This document shows, one piece after another, positions 8,121 through 17,997 of a DNA stretch of 64,000 bases. The DNA comes from Candidatus Nanoarchaeia archaeon (GTDB lineage Bacteria > Patescibacteriota > Microgenomatia > Woykebacterales > RBG-16-39-9b). The stretch lies in the NCBI GenBank assembly GCA_036514715.1, contig DATBWR010000016.1:42368-106367 (forward strand). Reading direction: 5' to 3'. Position 1 is the first letter of the stretch, and every line of letters begins with the position of its first letter. The notes under the pieces were generated by a model, which searched no databases, was not told where the DNA came from, and saw only the letters and a program-made list of their open reading frames with translations. The position numbers and the translations under genes are program-made.

Positions 8121-9887
8121 TCAGATTTTCAAAACCGAGAGGAAAGCTTCTTGGGGTATTTGAACGCGGCCGAATTGCTTCAAGCGCTTTTTCCCCTTCT
8201 TTTGCTTATCCAAAAGCTTGTTTTTACGGGTAACATCGCCGCCGTAAAGTTTAGCAGTTACATCTTTGCGAAACGCCGGAACATCAGCGCGGGCAATAAT
8301 TTTTCCGCCGACCGCAGCTTGCACGGAAATTTCAAAATTCTGGCGGGGAAGGACCTCTTTTAATTTCTCTACTAATTTACGACCAACTTCGTCGGCTTTC
8401 TTGCGAACAACAATTTGGGAAAGTGCGTCCACAATCTCTTTGGCTACTAAAATTTCCATACGAACTGCGTCCACTTCTTGCCAGCCGGAAAGTTCGTAAT
8501 CAAAAGAAGCATACCCTGATGAGATTGATTTGAGTCGATCGTAAAAATCGCTTATTACTTCGGCTAAGGGTAGGGTAAACTCAATCAAAACTTGATCAGC
8601 CGCGTATTTGACATCGGTGACTACTGCTCGACGGTTATTTAATAATTCTAAAATCGCTCCTAAATAACTCTCTTTAGTAACAATTAAAGCGTTGATGATC
8701 GGTTCATGGATAGTTTTAATTTTGGTGGGTTCCGGAAATTTAGTCGGATTGGATATTTCCACTTCTTCGTCATTAGTCAAGGTAATTTTGTAGTTGACGG
8801 TTGGTGTACTGGCTACTAAATCTAGGCCGTACTCTCTTTCCAATCTTTCCTGAACAACTTCGAAATGCAAGAGTCCCAAAAACCCGCAACGAAAACCAAA
8901 CCCCAAAGCTGTGGAACTATCTGCTTCAAAAGTAAGAGAAGCGTCGTTAAGTTTCAGTTTTTCCAGACCATCTTTCAAAGCTGGGAAACGATCGTTATCT
9001 ACAGGGTAAAAACCGGCAAAAACCATCGGACGTACCTGGCGGTAGCCGGGTAAAGGTTCTTTGCTAGGATTGGCGGCCAAGGTAATTGTGTCACCAACAC
9101 GAACTTGGCTAACGTCTTTTAGTCCGGTTGCCAAATAACCAATTTCCCCAGCCTCCAGCTTTTCTTCAGACTTTAGTTCTGGTTTAAAACAACCCACTTC
9201 CACCAAACTTGCGCTAGCTTTAGTACCAATAAACTTCACTTGATCGCGCTCTTTGAAAGACCCGTTAAACACTCGAACATAGGCAATCACTCCTTTGAAG
9301 GGGTCGTAGGTGGAATCAAAAATCAACGCTCGTGAGTTTTCCTCATTAGTAAGCGGGGCGGGAACTTTCTCGATGATTTTAGAGAGGAGTTCTTTTACAC
9401 CTTGTCCAGTTTTCGCTGAAATCTTCAAGATGTCGGTCTCTTTCACACCAAAGACTTTGATTATTTCAAGAGCGACTTTTTCCACTTGCGCAGCTGGCAA
9501 ATCAATTTTATTAATCACGGGAATAATTTTCAAATTTTGCTTCTGGGCTAAGTAATAATTACTTAGAGTTTGAGCCTGTATTCCTTGAGTAGCATCCACC
9601 AGTAAAACTACCCCTTCGACAGCAGCCAAAGAGCGGCTCACCTCGTAGCTAAAATCAACATGGCCGGGTGTGTCAATTAAATTAAGAGTGCAACCTCGCC
9701 AATTCATGCGAACTGGCTGCAACTTGATAGTAATACCCCGCTCCCGCTCAATGTCGAGCTGGTCTAAAAGCTGTTCCTTCATTTTGTTTTGCGGGACAGT
9801 ACCAGTTAGCTCGAGCATCCTGTCAGCAAGGGTAGACTTACCGTGGTCAATGTGGGCGGCAATCGCAAAATTTCGGATTGTTAACAT
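8121..9887 (-). CDS. lepA: Elongation factor 4 (LepA)
   Basis: AHIDHGKSTL G-domain and the typical LepA length and C-terminus. Confidence 0.95.
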   Translation of the reverse strand: MLTIRNFAIAAHIDHGKSTLADRMLELTGTVPQNKMKEQLLDQLDIERERGITIKLQPVRMNWRGCTLNLIDTPGHVDFSYEVSRSLAAVEGVVLLVDATQGIQAQTLSNYYLAQKQNLKIIPVINKIDLPAAQVEKVALEIIKVFGVKETDILKISAKTGQGVKELLSKIIEKVPAPLTNEENSRALIFDSTYDPFKGVIAYVRVFNGSFKERDQVKFIGTKASASLVEVGCFKPELKSEEKLEAGEIGYLATGLKDVSQVRVGDTITLAANPSKEPLPGYRQVRPMVFAGFYPVDNDRFPALKDGLEKLKLNDASLTFEADSSTALGFGFRCGFLGLLHFEVVQERLEREYGLDLVASTPTVNYKITLTNDEEVEISNPTKFPEPTKIKTIHEPIINALIVTKESYLGAILELLNNRRAVVTDVKYAADQVLIEFTLPLAEVISDFYDRLKSISSGYASFDYELSGWQEVDAVRMEILVAKEIVDALSQIVVRKKADEVGRKLVEKLKEVLPRQNFEISVQAAVGGKIIARADVPAFRKDVTAKLYGGDVTRKNKLLDKQKKGKKRLKQFGRVQIPQEAFLSVLKI

Positions 9888-9889
9888 TT

Positions 9890-11581
9890 TTAGGGTCGGG
9901 GGTCAGTGTGGGTGGTATCAACAGTTTCTTCAAAATTAAGAATTTTAGTAACTTTACGCAAATCCGGAAGCATTTTTATAAAAGTTTTCAGCTCTTCTGA
10001 TTTAAACCACCAGGTCAAAAAAACATAAAGGGCAAGCCCCGATGTAGCCACTCCCGCTGTCAGAAAGAGTAGATTAAGCGCTTTTCTGGTGTCAATTATG
10101 TAGTCGATAATAAATTCGCCGTTGACTCGAAAGTGTAGTGGAACGTAAAGAAAAACCGCCATTATTAGGGCTGGGACAACGATTTTAACAGCTGGATAAA
10201 ACAATGCTTTTCGGTTGAAGCCTCCTACCTTACGATCCAGAAGAAAGAGCAAGGTGAAAAAACTGAAAGCGCCGGAAATTGAAGTTGTCAGACCTAAATA
10301 AGCCACTGGTATTGGGGCGTTTTTTGCTAAAACGAAGACAAAATAATAACCGACTGCTCCATGCACTAGCAAGCTCACTATCGCCACCTTTAGAGGGGTA
10401 ATTGTGTCGTGCATGGCATAAAAAGCGCGGGTTACCAAGAGAAATCCGGCTTGAGCAAAAACACCCAGTGCAAACCAGGACAAGGTCGTGGCAGTAGCGA
10501 CTGTAGCTGGCCAATCAAACAACCCACTTCCAACTGCCAAACGCACTACTGGTATACGTAAGACCGCTAAAAGCACGCTCAACGGTACAGCTAAATAAAG
10601 CAGCTGCCAGAGAGAAGCTAAAAAAGTCTTTTTAAAGTCCTCCGCCTTACCGCCTGCCCACTCTGCTGATAAGGTGGGTAGCGAGGCAGCGGCAATCGTC
10701 AGTCCAAACAAACCAATGGGTAAATTCTGAAGGTCAGAGGCAAATTTCAAGACCGCAATTGAGCCCACTGCCAAACTGGAAGCCAAAATAACATTAATTA
10801 CAATTTCCAACTGCCCAACTCCAACCCCCAAAGCTCGTGGTAGTGATAGTTTCAAGATTTTTAAAACATCCGGATCTTTCAATTTAAACGCTGGTCGGTA
10901 GTTAAACCCAAGTTTATTAAGCGCAAAAAATTGCACACTCAGGTGAAAGAGGGCACCAATTACCACCCCTAACCCTACTCCCAAGATACCAAAGGACCGG
11001 CTTAAAACCACAATTCCAAAGATAATCCCCAGGTTGTAAACCACCGGTGCTACCGCGGCGATCAGAAAACGACGGTAACTTTGCAAAACTGAAGTGAAGA
11101 AACTACCAATTACTAAGAACAGCTCTCCAAAGACAATAATCCGCATTAAATCTGCCGCCTGCTGATCGAAAGGTGGATCAAGCCTCAAACCTAGAAAATT
11201 GTTTATTTGCAAGGGGAATAAAAAGATGACTACTCCAACAACAAAGTAGGCCGTTAAGCTTAAGTTTAGAATAGTTGAAGCTAAGATTTCGGATTCTTTA
11301 GTTTTCTTGCCTTGAATATAAGCGGTAAAAATCGGGATGAAGGCGACTGAAAGAGCTCCAGTGATCAAAACATTAGCTAGTAGATCCGGGATGACAAAGG
11401 CAGTATTAAAAGCATCCAGTGTTCCGGAAGCTCCAAAGTAACGGGCTAAAAACCAGTTGCGCCACAATCCTAAAAAGCGGCTGGCCAGCACCAAAACCAT
11501 CATTATCAGCGCGGCCGAAAGGATTGAGGTTTGCTGTCTAAATAGTAGGGAACTGCTTTCGCGGAGAAATTTATTAACCAT
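9890..11581 (-). CDS. murJ: Lipid II flippase MurJ (MviN)
   Basis: 563-aa polytopic membrane protein with a MurJ-like N-terminal region. Confidence 0.8.
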   Translation of the reverse strand: MVNKFLRESSSLLFRQQTSILSAALIMMVLVLASRFLGLWRNWFLARYFGASGTLDAFNTAFVIPDLLANVLITGALSVAFIPIFTAYIQGKKTKESEILASTILNLSLTAYFVVGVVIFLFPLQINNFLGLRLDPPFDQQAADLMRIIVFGELFLVIGSFFTSVLQSYRRFLIAAVAPVVYNLGIIFGIVVLSRSFGILGVGLGVVIGALFHLSVQFFALNKLGFNYRPAFKLKDPDVLKILKLSLPRALGVGVGQLEIVINVILASSLAVGSIAVLKFASDLQNLPIGLFGLTIAAASLPTLSAEWAGGKAEDFKKTFLASLWQLLYLAVPLSVLLAVLRIPVVRLAVGSGLFDWPATVATATTLSWFALGVFAQAGFLLVTRAFYAMHDTITPLKVAIVSLLVHGAVGYYFVFVLAKNAPIPVAYLGLTTSISGAFSFFTLLFLLDRKVGGFNRKALFYPAVKIVVPALIMAVFLYVPLHFRVNGEFIIDYIIDTRKALNLLFLTAGVATSGLALYVFLTWWFKSEELKTFIKMLPDLRKVTKILNFEETVDTTHTDPRP

Positions 11582-11645
11582 AGAACTTTAAGTTCAAAGT
11601 ATATCAACTTGAGCTTGCTTAAACAATAGTTGACAGGTAAGTTAA

Positions 11646-11722
11646 ACTAAGGTGTATGCCATTAAGGATGTAATTGGCATAACAAAAATTTATAAAGTTT
11701 AGACTAAGGTATATGCCAATTA
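11646..11722 (+). promoter_or_regulatory. rpsT leader: a stem-loop plus 5-codon uORF that duplicates the rpsT translation-initiation sequence (ACTAAGGTRTATGCCAATTA x2)
   Basis: Direct repeat at 11646-11664 and 11703-11722. Hairpin ATGCCATTA/TAATTGGCAT. Mini-ORF ATG CCA TTA AGG ATG TAA at 11656-11673. Confidence 0.4.
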
Positions 11723-12009
11723 TAAAATCAGCCATTAAAAAATTGCGTCAAGACCGCGCCCGCACGAAAATCAACGCGGTTAAACGTTCGCAGCTAAAGA
11801 CAGCTCTTAAAGAAACCAAGGGTAAGAAAAGCGCAGAAACACTTGCCAAGGCTTTTAGCGCGCTGGATAAAGCCGTAAAGCGCGGGCTAATTCATAAGAA
11901 TAAGGCTGCTCGCCAAAAGTCTTCTTTGGCTAAACTAATTAAGAGTACAGCCAAAACTAAAGTTGTCGCTAAAAAAGCTAGAACGACTAAAGCAAGGAAA
12001 GCAAAATAG
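11713..12009 (+). CDS. rpsT: 30S ribosomal protein S20
   Basis: MPIIKSAIKKLRQD... basic, alanine/lysine-rich protein. Confidence 0.9.
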   Translation: MPIIKSAIKKLRQDRARTKINAVKRSQLKTALKETKGKKSAETLAKAFSALDKAVKRGLIHKNKAARQKSSLAKLIKSTAKTKVVAKKARTTKARKAK

Positions 12010-12073
12010 TCTCTTACCCGACTTAGTAAAGTCAGTTGCTAGGCCTCAAGGGTGGATGTTATACTAACTGCAA

Positions 12074-12673
12074 ATGCCCAAAGCTGCTCCAAAAACCCCA
12101 GAGCTCAACATTGAGTTACTCCCTAAAGAAAATATCGATGTCGAAAGCAGTAGTTTACTACACTGGATTTTAACCGTTGGTAGATACTTAATAATTTTTA
12201 CCGAGGTTATTGCCATCGGCACTTTTTTATTCAGCATTTATCTTTCCAAGCAAAAAAATGATTTGCGAACTAACATTCGCGCTAATCAAGCACAAATTGA
12301 TAATTTCCAGGAGTGCGACCCAAAGGATCTGTCCGCTTTTTGCGAAGACCGCTTCCGCCTTATCCAAGAACAAGTAAACCAGGTGTTGGCAGTAAGAGAC
12401 GCTAATCTTCCGCAGAACGCGGTTATTGATGAGTTTCTAAAACTCCTACCCACAGAGATTACCTTAGAAGGTTTGATCGTTAACGGCACGGAGATTATCT
12501 TTTCCGGAGAATTTCCAGCTGAACAGCAACTGCAAACGCTGGTGGAATCTTTTGGCCGTTCGGATAAAGTCACTTCACTAGATATCACCGATTTAACCAA
12601 GGAGTTAAATTTTAAGTTCACCGCCAAAGCACAGGTTAATGCTTCTGCTTTTTTAAATCAGGGGGGAAAGTAG
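12074..12673 (+). CDS. Type IV pilus assembly PilN-like protein
   Basis: N-terminal LNIELLP motif followed by a single TM and a periplasmic domain. Confidence 0.5.
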   Translation: MPKAAPKTPELNIELLPKENIDVESSSLLHWILTVGRYLIIFTEVIAIGTFLFSIYLSKQKNDLRTNIRANQAQIDNFQECDPKDLSAFCEDRFRLIQEQVNQVLAVRDANLPQNAVIDEFLKLLPTEITLEGLIVNGTEIIFSGEFPAEQQLQTLVESFGRSDKVTSLDITDLTKELNFKFTAKAQVNASAFLNQGGK

Positions 12674-12676
12674 TTA

Positions 12677-13309
12677 ATGCAATTTTACGAGAAAGCTCTA
12701 GCTAGCTACAATCACTACCTTACCGATCCTAAGAAAAAGGATTATTTTGCGTTAGTCGCCTCGTTGAGCTTATTGATTGTTCTGGTGATTATGATTTATC
12801 CAGCTGTTATTCACGTCTCTAAGTTGAATAAGGAGGTTTCTGACGGCAACGTACTTCTAGCGGCCTTGGTGGAAAAAAGTAACCAACTTTCAACAGCTGA
12901 AAAAAATTATAATCAGATTAAAAAAGACTTAGACCTGATCGATTCTGCGATGCCGATTGGTTCGGACATTAAGACCTACATTAAAAATCCTCTTGAGACT
13001 CTGGCTCAAAAAAATAACTTAACTATCAAATCGCTTCAGTTTAACGACGTTCCCATCTCCATCCCAGGCCGCGAAGAAGATTTGGGCTTAAGGCGGTTTG
13101 AATATTCGGCTAGTTTTGAGGGTGATTTTGTCGCTTTTGTTGCTTTTCTAAAAGATCTGGAAAATTATATTAGGGTTACTAAAGTTGTTGGGCTGGATAT
13201 AAAAAAGAGTCCCAACAACACTCAATTAGTAACTATGAAAGCTGAGACTAATTTTCTTGGTACGCCAATTGACGTTATCCCTAATGAAGCTGTTCCGGAG
13301 AACCCATAA
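12677..13309 (+). CDS. Type IV pilus assembly PilO-like protein
   Basis: TM plus a coiled-coil periplasmic protein immediately after the PilN-like gene. Confidence 0.45.
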   Translation: MQFYEKALASYNHYLTDPKKKDYFALVASLSLLIVLVIMIYPAVIHVSKLNKEVSDGNVLLAALVEKSNQLSTAEKNYNQIKKDLDLIDSAMPIGSDIKTYIKNPLETLAQKNNLTIKSLQFNDVPISIPGREEDLGLRRFEYSASFEGDFVAFVAFLKDLENYIRVTKVVGLDIKKSPNNTQLVTMKAETNFLGTPIDVIPNEAVPENP

Positions 13310-13491
13310 TGCGCGCTCGAAATTTTACTACAGTTCTCATACTCTTCCTGGTTGCTCTACTTGGCTTTGCTATAGTCCAGGTGATCAATATTTTAACCTC
13401 CGACCCCTTACCAATTTCGGCTGAAAAACAACTTCAGCAGCTAGATCCCAGCCTAAACCAATCAGTTTTAGATGACCTTAAAGGTAACTAA
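13309..13491 (+). CDS. Small single-TM protein (possibly pilus-associated)
   Basis: 60 aa with a hydrophobic N-terminus. Translationally coupled (ATGA overlap) to the upstream gene. Confidence 0.35.
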   Translation: MRARNFTTVLILFLVALLGFAIVQVINILTSDPLPISAEKQLQQLDPSLNQSVLDDLKGN

Positions 13492-13492
13492 G

Positions 13493-14152
13493 TCAGGCGA
13501 GCTTTGCTAGCTGACATAACCGGCTAACTAGTTGAGTTAGAGAGTGGGTACGAGCAAGCCCACCACTTTTAAGATCCCAGTCAGCCTTTAAAAGCAGTAG
13601 GGTAGCAGCTTTTAATTTTTTGCGGTTCCAGTGATAAAGTTGCTCTCTGATTTTGCTGATCAAAAAAGGGCTTTTCGAGACTTTTTCCCACTCGTTAGTG
13701 TACCCCAAACTAAGTAACTTTATTTGACGAGTCAAGGCGCCGATTATCAATTCGGAGGCTGTGTTTTCCAAAAGAAGTTTTTCTAGTATTGTCAGGGCTT
13801 GTTTTTCCGAACCGAAAGCGATCGCATCAGCAAGTTTGAAGGTTGAATTCTGATCAATCTGTTTAAAAGGTACACTTTTATCTATCCAACTTGGCGGTGT
13901 TATCAGATCCTCTAGCCAGATGGCTAGATCGATATCCTCTTGGGGCTTTAAGGGTTTGGCCTGCTCTGGAGTGAAGTTTTCGATTACTAGCAATTTCTTA
14001 TTCCCAAACAAGTTTTGGGATTGCAAAAAAACTGACAAGTTTTCCTTTAAAATTTTAAAATTTACAGTTTCGTAACTAGGATATTGACTCTTAAGTTTAA
14101 GAAGAAAGGTACGAGAGGAAACAGTATCCGGACCGTGAACTAGGTAAATCAT
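13493..14152 (-). CDS. holA: DNA polymerase III delta subunit-like (short)
   Basis: LVHGPD start and the ADAIAFGSEKQALTILEKLL...IIGALTRQIKLL pattern resembling HolA domain III. Confidence 0.45.
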   Translation of the reverse strand: MIYLVHGPDTVSSRTFLLKLKSQYPSYETVNFKILKENLSVFLQSQNLFGNKKLLVIENFTPEQAKPLKPQEDIDLAIWLEDLITPPSWIDKSVPFKQIDQNSTFKLADAIAFGSEKQALTILEKLLLENTASELIIGALTRQIKLLSLGYTNEWEKVSKSPFLISKIREQLYHWNRKKLKAATLLLLKADWDLKSGGLARTHSLTQLVSRLCQLAKLA

Positions 14153-14156
14153 CTCT

Positions 14157-15329
14157 TTAAGTATCTTTTTTATCAGTTTCGTCTTGAGGGGGGTTCAGGA
14201 GGTTATCAACTGCTTTTTGGATAATTTCCCAACTATTACCTTTTGGCAGCAGTACGTAAGCACCACCATACTGATTTGCGCTAGGTGTGTAGAGATAGTT
14301 GTCAGTTGAATTATCAAGAACCAGACTGCTAACTTTATCTACTTGGATTTCCCTACCTAAATTATAAAGTGCTACTAATGCGCTAACGTCCAAATCAGTC
14401 TCAACCGACTTATCAAATTCATCAAAAAGGCTGCTAAGTTTAACAGGATCAAGCAGGTTTTCAAGTTTCAAAGCCTTATCTTTAGCAGCTAACATCACCT
14501 TTTGCTGGCGGGCGGCTCTGGCAAAATCACTTCCCTCTCCGTTAGTACCCTTGCGGCTGCGCACAAAGGCCAGTGCTGTTTCTCCGTCCATATGAGTTGT
14601 TCCGGCGTCAAAATGAAGATGTTTATAGCGACAGGAGTAGTTAATGTCCTCACACTTTGCAGCCTCTTTTCCATCAACCGGGTATTGATAATCATCGAAG
14701 GTTTTTTCCACTAGTACATCAACTCCGCCTAAAGTGTCGATTGCTTTCTCAAAACCCTCAAAGTCTATTCTGACTCCATAATGAAGCGGGATGCCTAAGA
14801 TCTCCTCAACCTGTTTTCTAAGGAGTTCCATCCCTCCACCAGGATATTTGTTCTTATCACCAAAAGAATAAAGAGCGTTAATCTTTGAAGCTTGCCCTTT
14901 GTATTTGCCAAAGGCAGGTATTTCCACCCAAAGGTCACGGGGTATTGAAACCATCGAAACGTTGTTTTTGTCTTTACTAATAGAAGCAACCAAAACTGTG
15001 TCGGTAAGAAAACCGTTTTGCTTGATTTCCCCACCTGGTCCCTTATAGGTGTAGGGAATATCAGCACGTTTATCAATCCCGACCAAAAGAAAATTAGTCC
15101 GTCCGTCGGTTGCTTTCAACTCACCTTTCGGGTTCTTAATTAAAGAAAAAACTGAACTCGGCGATTTAAGAATTTGTTTCAATAAGGTTGCGGCTGGCCA
15201 ATAAAGAATGTAGCCGGCGTAAACGATCACGGCAAGTAATAGAGTAAGGGCGCCAAACTTAATCAGCTTTCTTTTTCTGGCGTTTTTGTCTGACCGGTAG
15301 GGCATCTGCCCGAGTTCAACGTACTGCAT
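14157..15329 (-). CDS. LytR-CpsA-Psr (LCP) family cell-envelope phosphotransferase
   Basis: N-terminal TM, FLLVGIDKR...DTVLVASI...SIPRD LCP core. Confidence 0.8.
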   Translation of the reverse strand: MQYVELGQMPYRSDKNARKRKLIKFGALTLLLAVIVYAGYILYWPAATLLKQILKSPSSVFSLIKNPKGELKATDGRTNFLLVGIDKRADIPYTYKGPGGEIKQNGFLTDTVLVASISKDKNNVSMVSIPRDLWVEIPAFGKYKGQASKINALYSFGDKNKYPGGGMELLRKQVEEILGIPLHYGVRIDFEGFEKAIDTLGGVDVLVEKTFDDYQYPVDGKEAAKCEDINYSCRYKHLHFDAGTTHMDGETALAFVRSRKGTNGEGSDFARAARQQKVMLAAKDKALKLENLLDPVKLSSLFDEFDKSVETDLDVSALVALYNLGREIQVDKVSSLVLDNSTDNYLYTPSANQYGGAYVLLPKGNSWEIIQKAVDNLLNPPQDETDKKDT

Positions 15330-15369
15330 AATAAGTTAAGGGATTAAGGAGGTTTAGATTATACAACAC

Positions 15370-16062
15370 TCAAGCACAACTCACCAAGGCCAAAAAATCG
15401 CTTGGTGTGAGGCTTGCTTTACCGACTAAAAAGCCGTCGATATTTTCCTTTTTCAGGAAGCTGTCGATAACTTCCGGGTTAACACTTCCGCCATACAAAA
15501 CCGGGCAGTTTCTACCAATTCCGCTTTTAAATTGTTCAACAATTTTAGAGGCTTCGTCCGGACTTTCAGGATGATAATCCCCACCACCGCTAATTGCAGA
15601 CGGAGGCTCGTAAACAAAAATAATTTTCTCTCCTTGGGTTTTAATATATGAATAACTATTCATATAATTATTTAGTTGGTCCAAGTTGGCTACGCAAAGG
15701 ATTGGTGTTATTTCAAAACCAAGAAGTTGTTTAACTTTCTCTGCTACCGCACTTTCAGTCTCAGCAAAATATTTTTTACGTTCGGAATGGCCAACAATAC
15801 AGTGGGTTACAAGTCCTTTGAGAATTTCGGCGCTAACTTCCCCGGTGTAAGCTCCGCTTGGATAAGGAGAGACGTCTTGCGCACCCAACTTTATCTCAGA
15901 GCCTTGGAGTTGCTCTGATAAACTTTTCAAGGCAGTAAACCCCGGGCAGATGACTACTTGGGTGTTTGAACTTTCCAAACCGGATTTAGCTTCTCCCAAC
16001 CAAGCGAGAGCCTCATCAACAGTTTTATTGGCTTTCCAGTTAGCAACAAAAATTTTTTTCAC
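15370..16062 (-). CDS. tpiA: Triosephosphate isomerase
   Basis: FVANWKAN motif, ~230 aa, sits next to pgk. Confidence 0.9.
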   Translation of the reverse strand: MKKIFVANWKANKTVDEALAWLGEAKSGLESSNTQVVICPGFTALKSLSEQLQGSEIKLGAQDVSPYPSGAYTGEVSAEILKGLVTHCIVGHSERKKYFAETESAVAEKVKQLLGFEITPILCVANLDQLNNYMNSYSYIKTQGEKIIFVYEPPSAISGGGDYHPESPDEASKIVEQFKSGIGRNCPVLYGGSVNPEVIDSFLKKENIDGFLVGKASLTPSDFLALVSCA

Positions 16063-16607
16063 TTGTTTAACTCTTTCTCTGCTAATAATAAACTTAAAAC
16101 CGTTGTGCTGTCGACCAAAAGTTTTGCTTTTTTCTTAATGGACTCTAATAAATCGCCGAATTTAAAAAGCTTAACTTCAATCTCCTCGTTTTCGTCCAAC
16201 TGTTGTTTTTGGATTTTTCTGGCACCCCTGGCCAGAAAGACAAAGGCGAGTTCGGAAGTAAATCCCGGGCTAGGAGCAAACGAACCTAAATTTGAAAAAT
16301 TCTCTGCGGTAAAACCAGTTTCCTCTAAAAGCTCTCTTTTGGCCGCTTCTTCTGGAGTTTGGCCTTGGTCAATATACCCTGCCGGCAAAGTCCAGATTGT
16401 GTCCTTAAGACCGTTACGGTACTGGTAAACCAACGGTAAAGTGTTCTCGTCCGTAAGAGCCAGCACTTCTATCCAATTTTTTCTTTCTATCGAATAAAAA
16501 TCCTCAACGATCTTGCCGCTGCCTTTCTCTAACGTATCGCGGTAAAGCCTCACGTAGTCGCTTTCAAAAACAGTCTCTGATTTAAGTAGCTCCCACTTTT
16601 TAAGCAT
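16059..16607 (-). CDS. NUDIX hydrolase
   Basis: Nudix box AAKRELLEETG. Confidence 0.8.
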   Translation of the reverse strand: MLKKWELLKSETVFESDYVRLYRDTLEKGSGKIVEDFYSIERKNWIEVLALTDENTLPLVYQYRNGLKDTIWTLPAGYIDQGQTPEEAAKRELLEETGFTAENFSNLGSFAPSPGFTSELAFVFLARGARKIQKQQLDENEEIEVKLFKFGDLLESIKKKAKLLVDSTTVLSLLLAEKELNK

Positions 16608-16615
16608 TGTAACTT

Positions 16616-17617
16616 TTACTTATAATAACCAAGAGCTTCCAGAGCTGGTAAGCGTTTTCCGCTTAAAAATTCCAGCATTGCCCCTCCGCCAACGGAAACA
16701 AAGTCCATTTTTTCCAAGAGTCCAAGCCCTTCCAAAGCGCTAATTGTATCCCCACCACCGACAATTTTATACGCTAAGCTGCCCGCGACCATTTCTGCCA
16801 GTTTTAAGGTTCCAGCTCGGTATTTTTCCTCTTCGTATTTACCCATTGGCCCGTTCCAGACAATCATCTTGGCTTTTTCAATCTCGTTCCCAAAACTTTC
16901 GAGCGTCTGTGGACCAATATCTTTTTCGTCCACGTGATCGGAAGCTACTACCACATTTGGGGACAAGTTATTTTTATCGATCTCAAACATCAACCGACCG
17001 CCTACTAAAACCTTATCAGCCACTTTGGAAATATTGGTTATCGCTGGTAACTTTGTCTCAATCTTAGCTCCACCGATAATCGCAATTAGTGGGTGCTGTG
17101 GGTTTTTTAAAATTCTCTCCAACTCGACCATTTCTTTTTCAAACTTCAAACCGGCGTAGGAGGGCAGCAGGGTCGGTAAGGTAGCAATAGAAGCATGGGC
17201 TCGGTGGGCGGCGGAGAAGCACTCGAAAACAAAAACTTCGCCGCAAGAGGCTAGTTTTTTGGCAAACTCCAAATCGTTTTTTTCTTCCTCTTCCCAAAAA
17301 CGTAAATTTTCTAGCAGAACAATTTCTCCACTGGTCACGCTTTCCAAATCTTGCTGAAAAACAATTTTTTTGCTTAAGCGTTCTTCAAGAACCGGTTGGA
17401 CAATTTTTAGACTAAAGTTTGGGTCCTGATTAACTGGGCGGCCAAGGTGGGAAACAAGAAAAAGTTTGGCTTGGTTTTGTAGAAGTAGTTTTAAGGTCTC
17501 GATGTTTTTTTCGATCCGCGTCCGATCCTTCACCGCGCCGTCTTCAACCGGGACATCAAAATCGCAACGGACTATGACACGCTTACCAGCAACGTCTGCT
17601 TCTTTTACTGACCGCAT
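16616..17617 (-). CDS. pgk: Phosphoglycerate kinase (short form)
   Basis: VRCDFDVP...SHLGRP N-terminus and GGGDTISAL...GGGAMLEFL C-terminus. Confidence 0.9.
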   Translation of the reverse strand: MRSVKEADVAGKRVIVRCDFDVPVEDGAVKDRTRIEKNIETLKLLLQNQAKLFLVSHLGRPVNQDPNFSLKIVQPVLEERLSKKIVFQQDLESVTSGEIVLLENLRFWEEEEKNDLEFAKKLASCGEVFVFECFSAAHRAHASIATLPTLLPSYAGLKFEKEMVELERILKNPQHPLIAIIGGAKIETKLPAITNISKVADKVLVGGRLMFEIDKNNLSPNVVVASDHVDEKDIGPQTLESFGNEIEKAKMIVWNGPMGKYEEEKYRAGTLKLAEMVAGSLAYKIVGGGDTISALEGLGLLEKMDFVSVGGGAMLEFLSGKRLPALEALGYYK

Positions 17618-17658
17618 GAGCTTATTCTAACATGTCTAGCCTTAGTCGTATTGTGAAT

Positions 17659-17976
17659 TTACGAAAGGTGGGATTGAATCTTACTAAAGAACTCGTCTTT
17701 CGGCTGGGCGCCGATAAAACGGTCAATCTCTTGTCCGTCTTTTAAAATAATGTAGGTAGGGATGCTCATCACGCCGTATTTTATGGAAGTATCGTTATCG
17801 GTATCAACGTCAATTTTTTTAAAAGTGACTTTGCCGGAAAACTGACTTTCGGCTTCTTCCAACACTGGCTCCATTACTTTACAGGGGCCGCACCAATCAG
17901 CATAAAAATCAAGAAACTCAATCATAGAAAAACCTCTTTGAAAGTAACTAACGGGGAGGTAATTAAAGTATAGCAT
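17659..17976 (-). CDS. trxA: Thioredoxin
   Basis: WCGPCK active site, 105 aa. Confidence 0.95.
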   Translation of the reverse strand: MLYFNYLPVSYFQRGFSMIEFLDFYADWCGPCKVMEPVLEEAESQFSGKVTFKKIDVDTDNDTSIKYGVMSIPTYIILKDGQEIDRFIGAQPKDEFFSKIQSHLS

Positions 17977-17997
17977 CTTTTTTATGTTGTAAAATAG

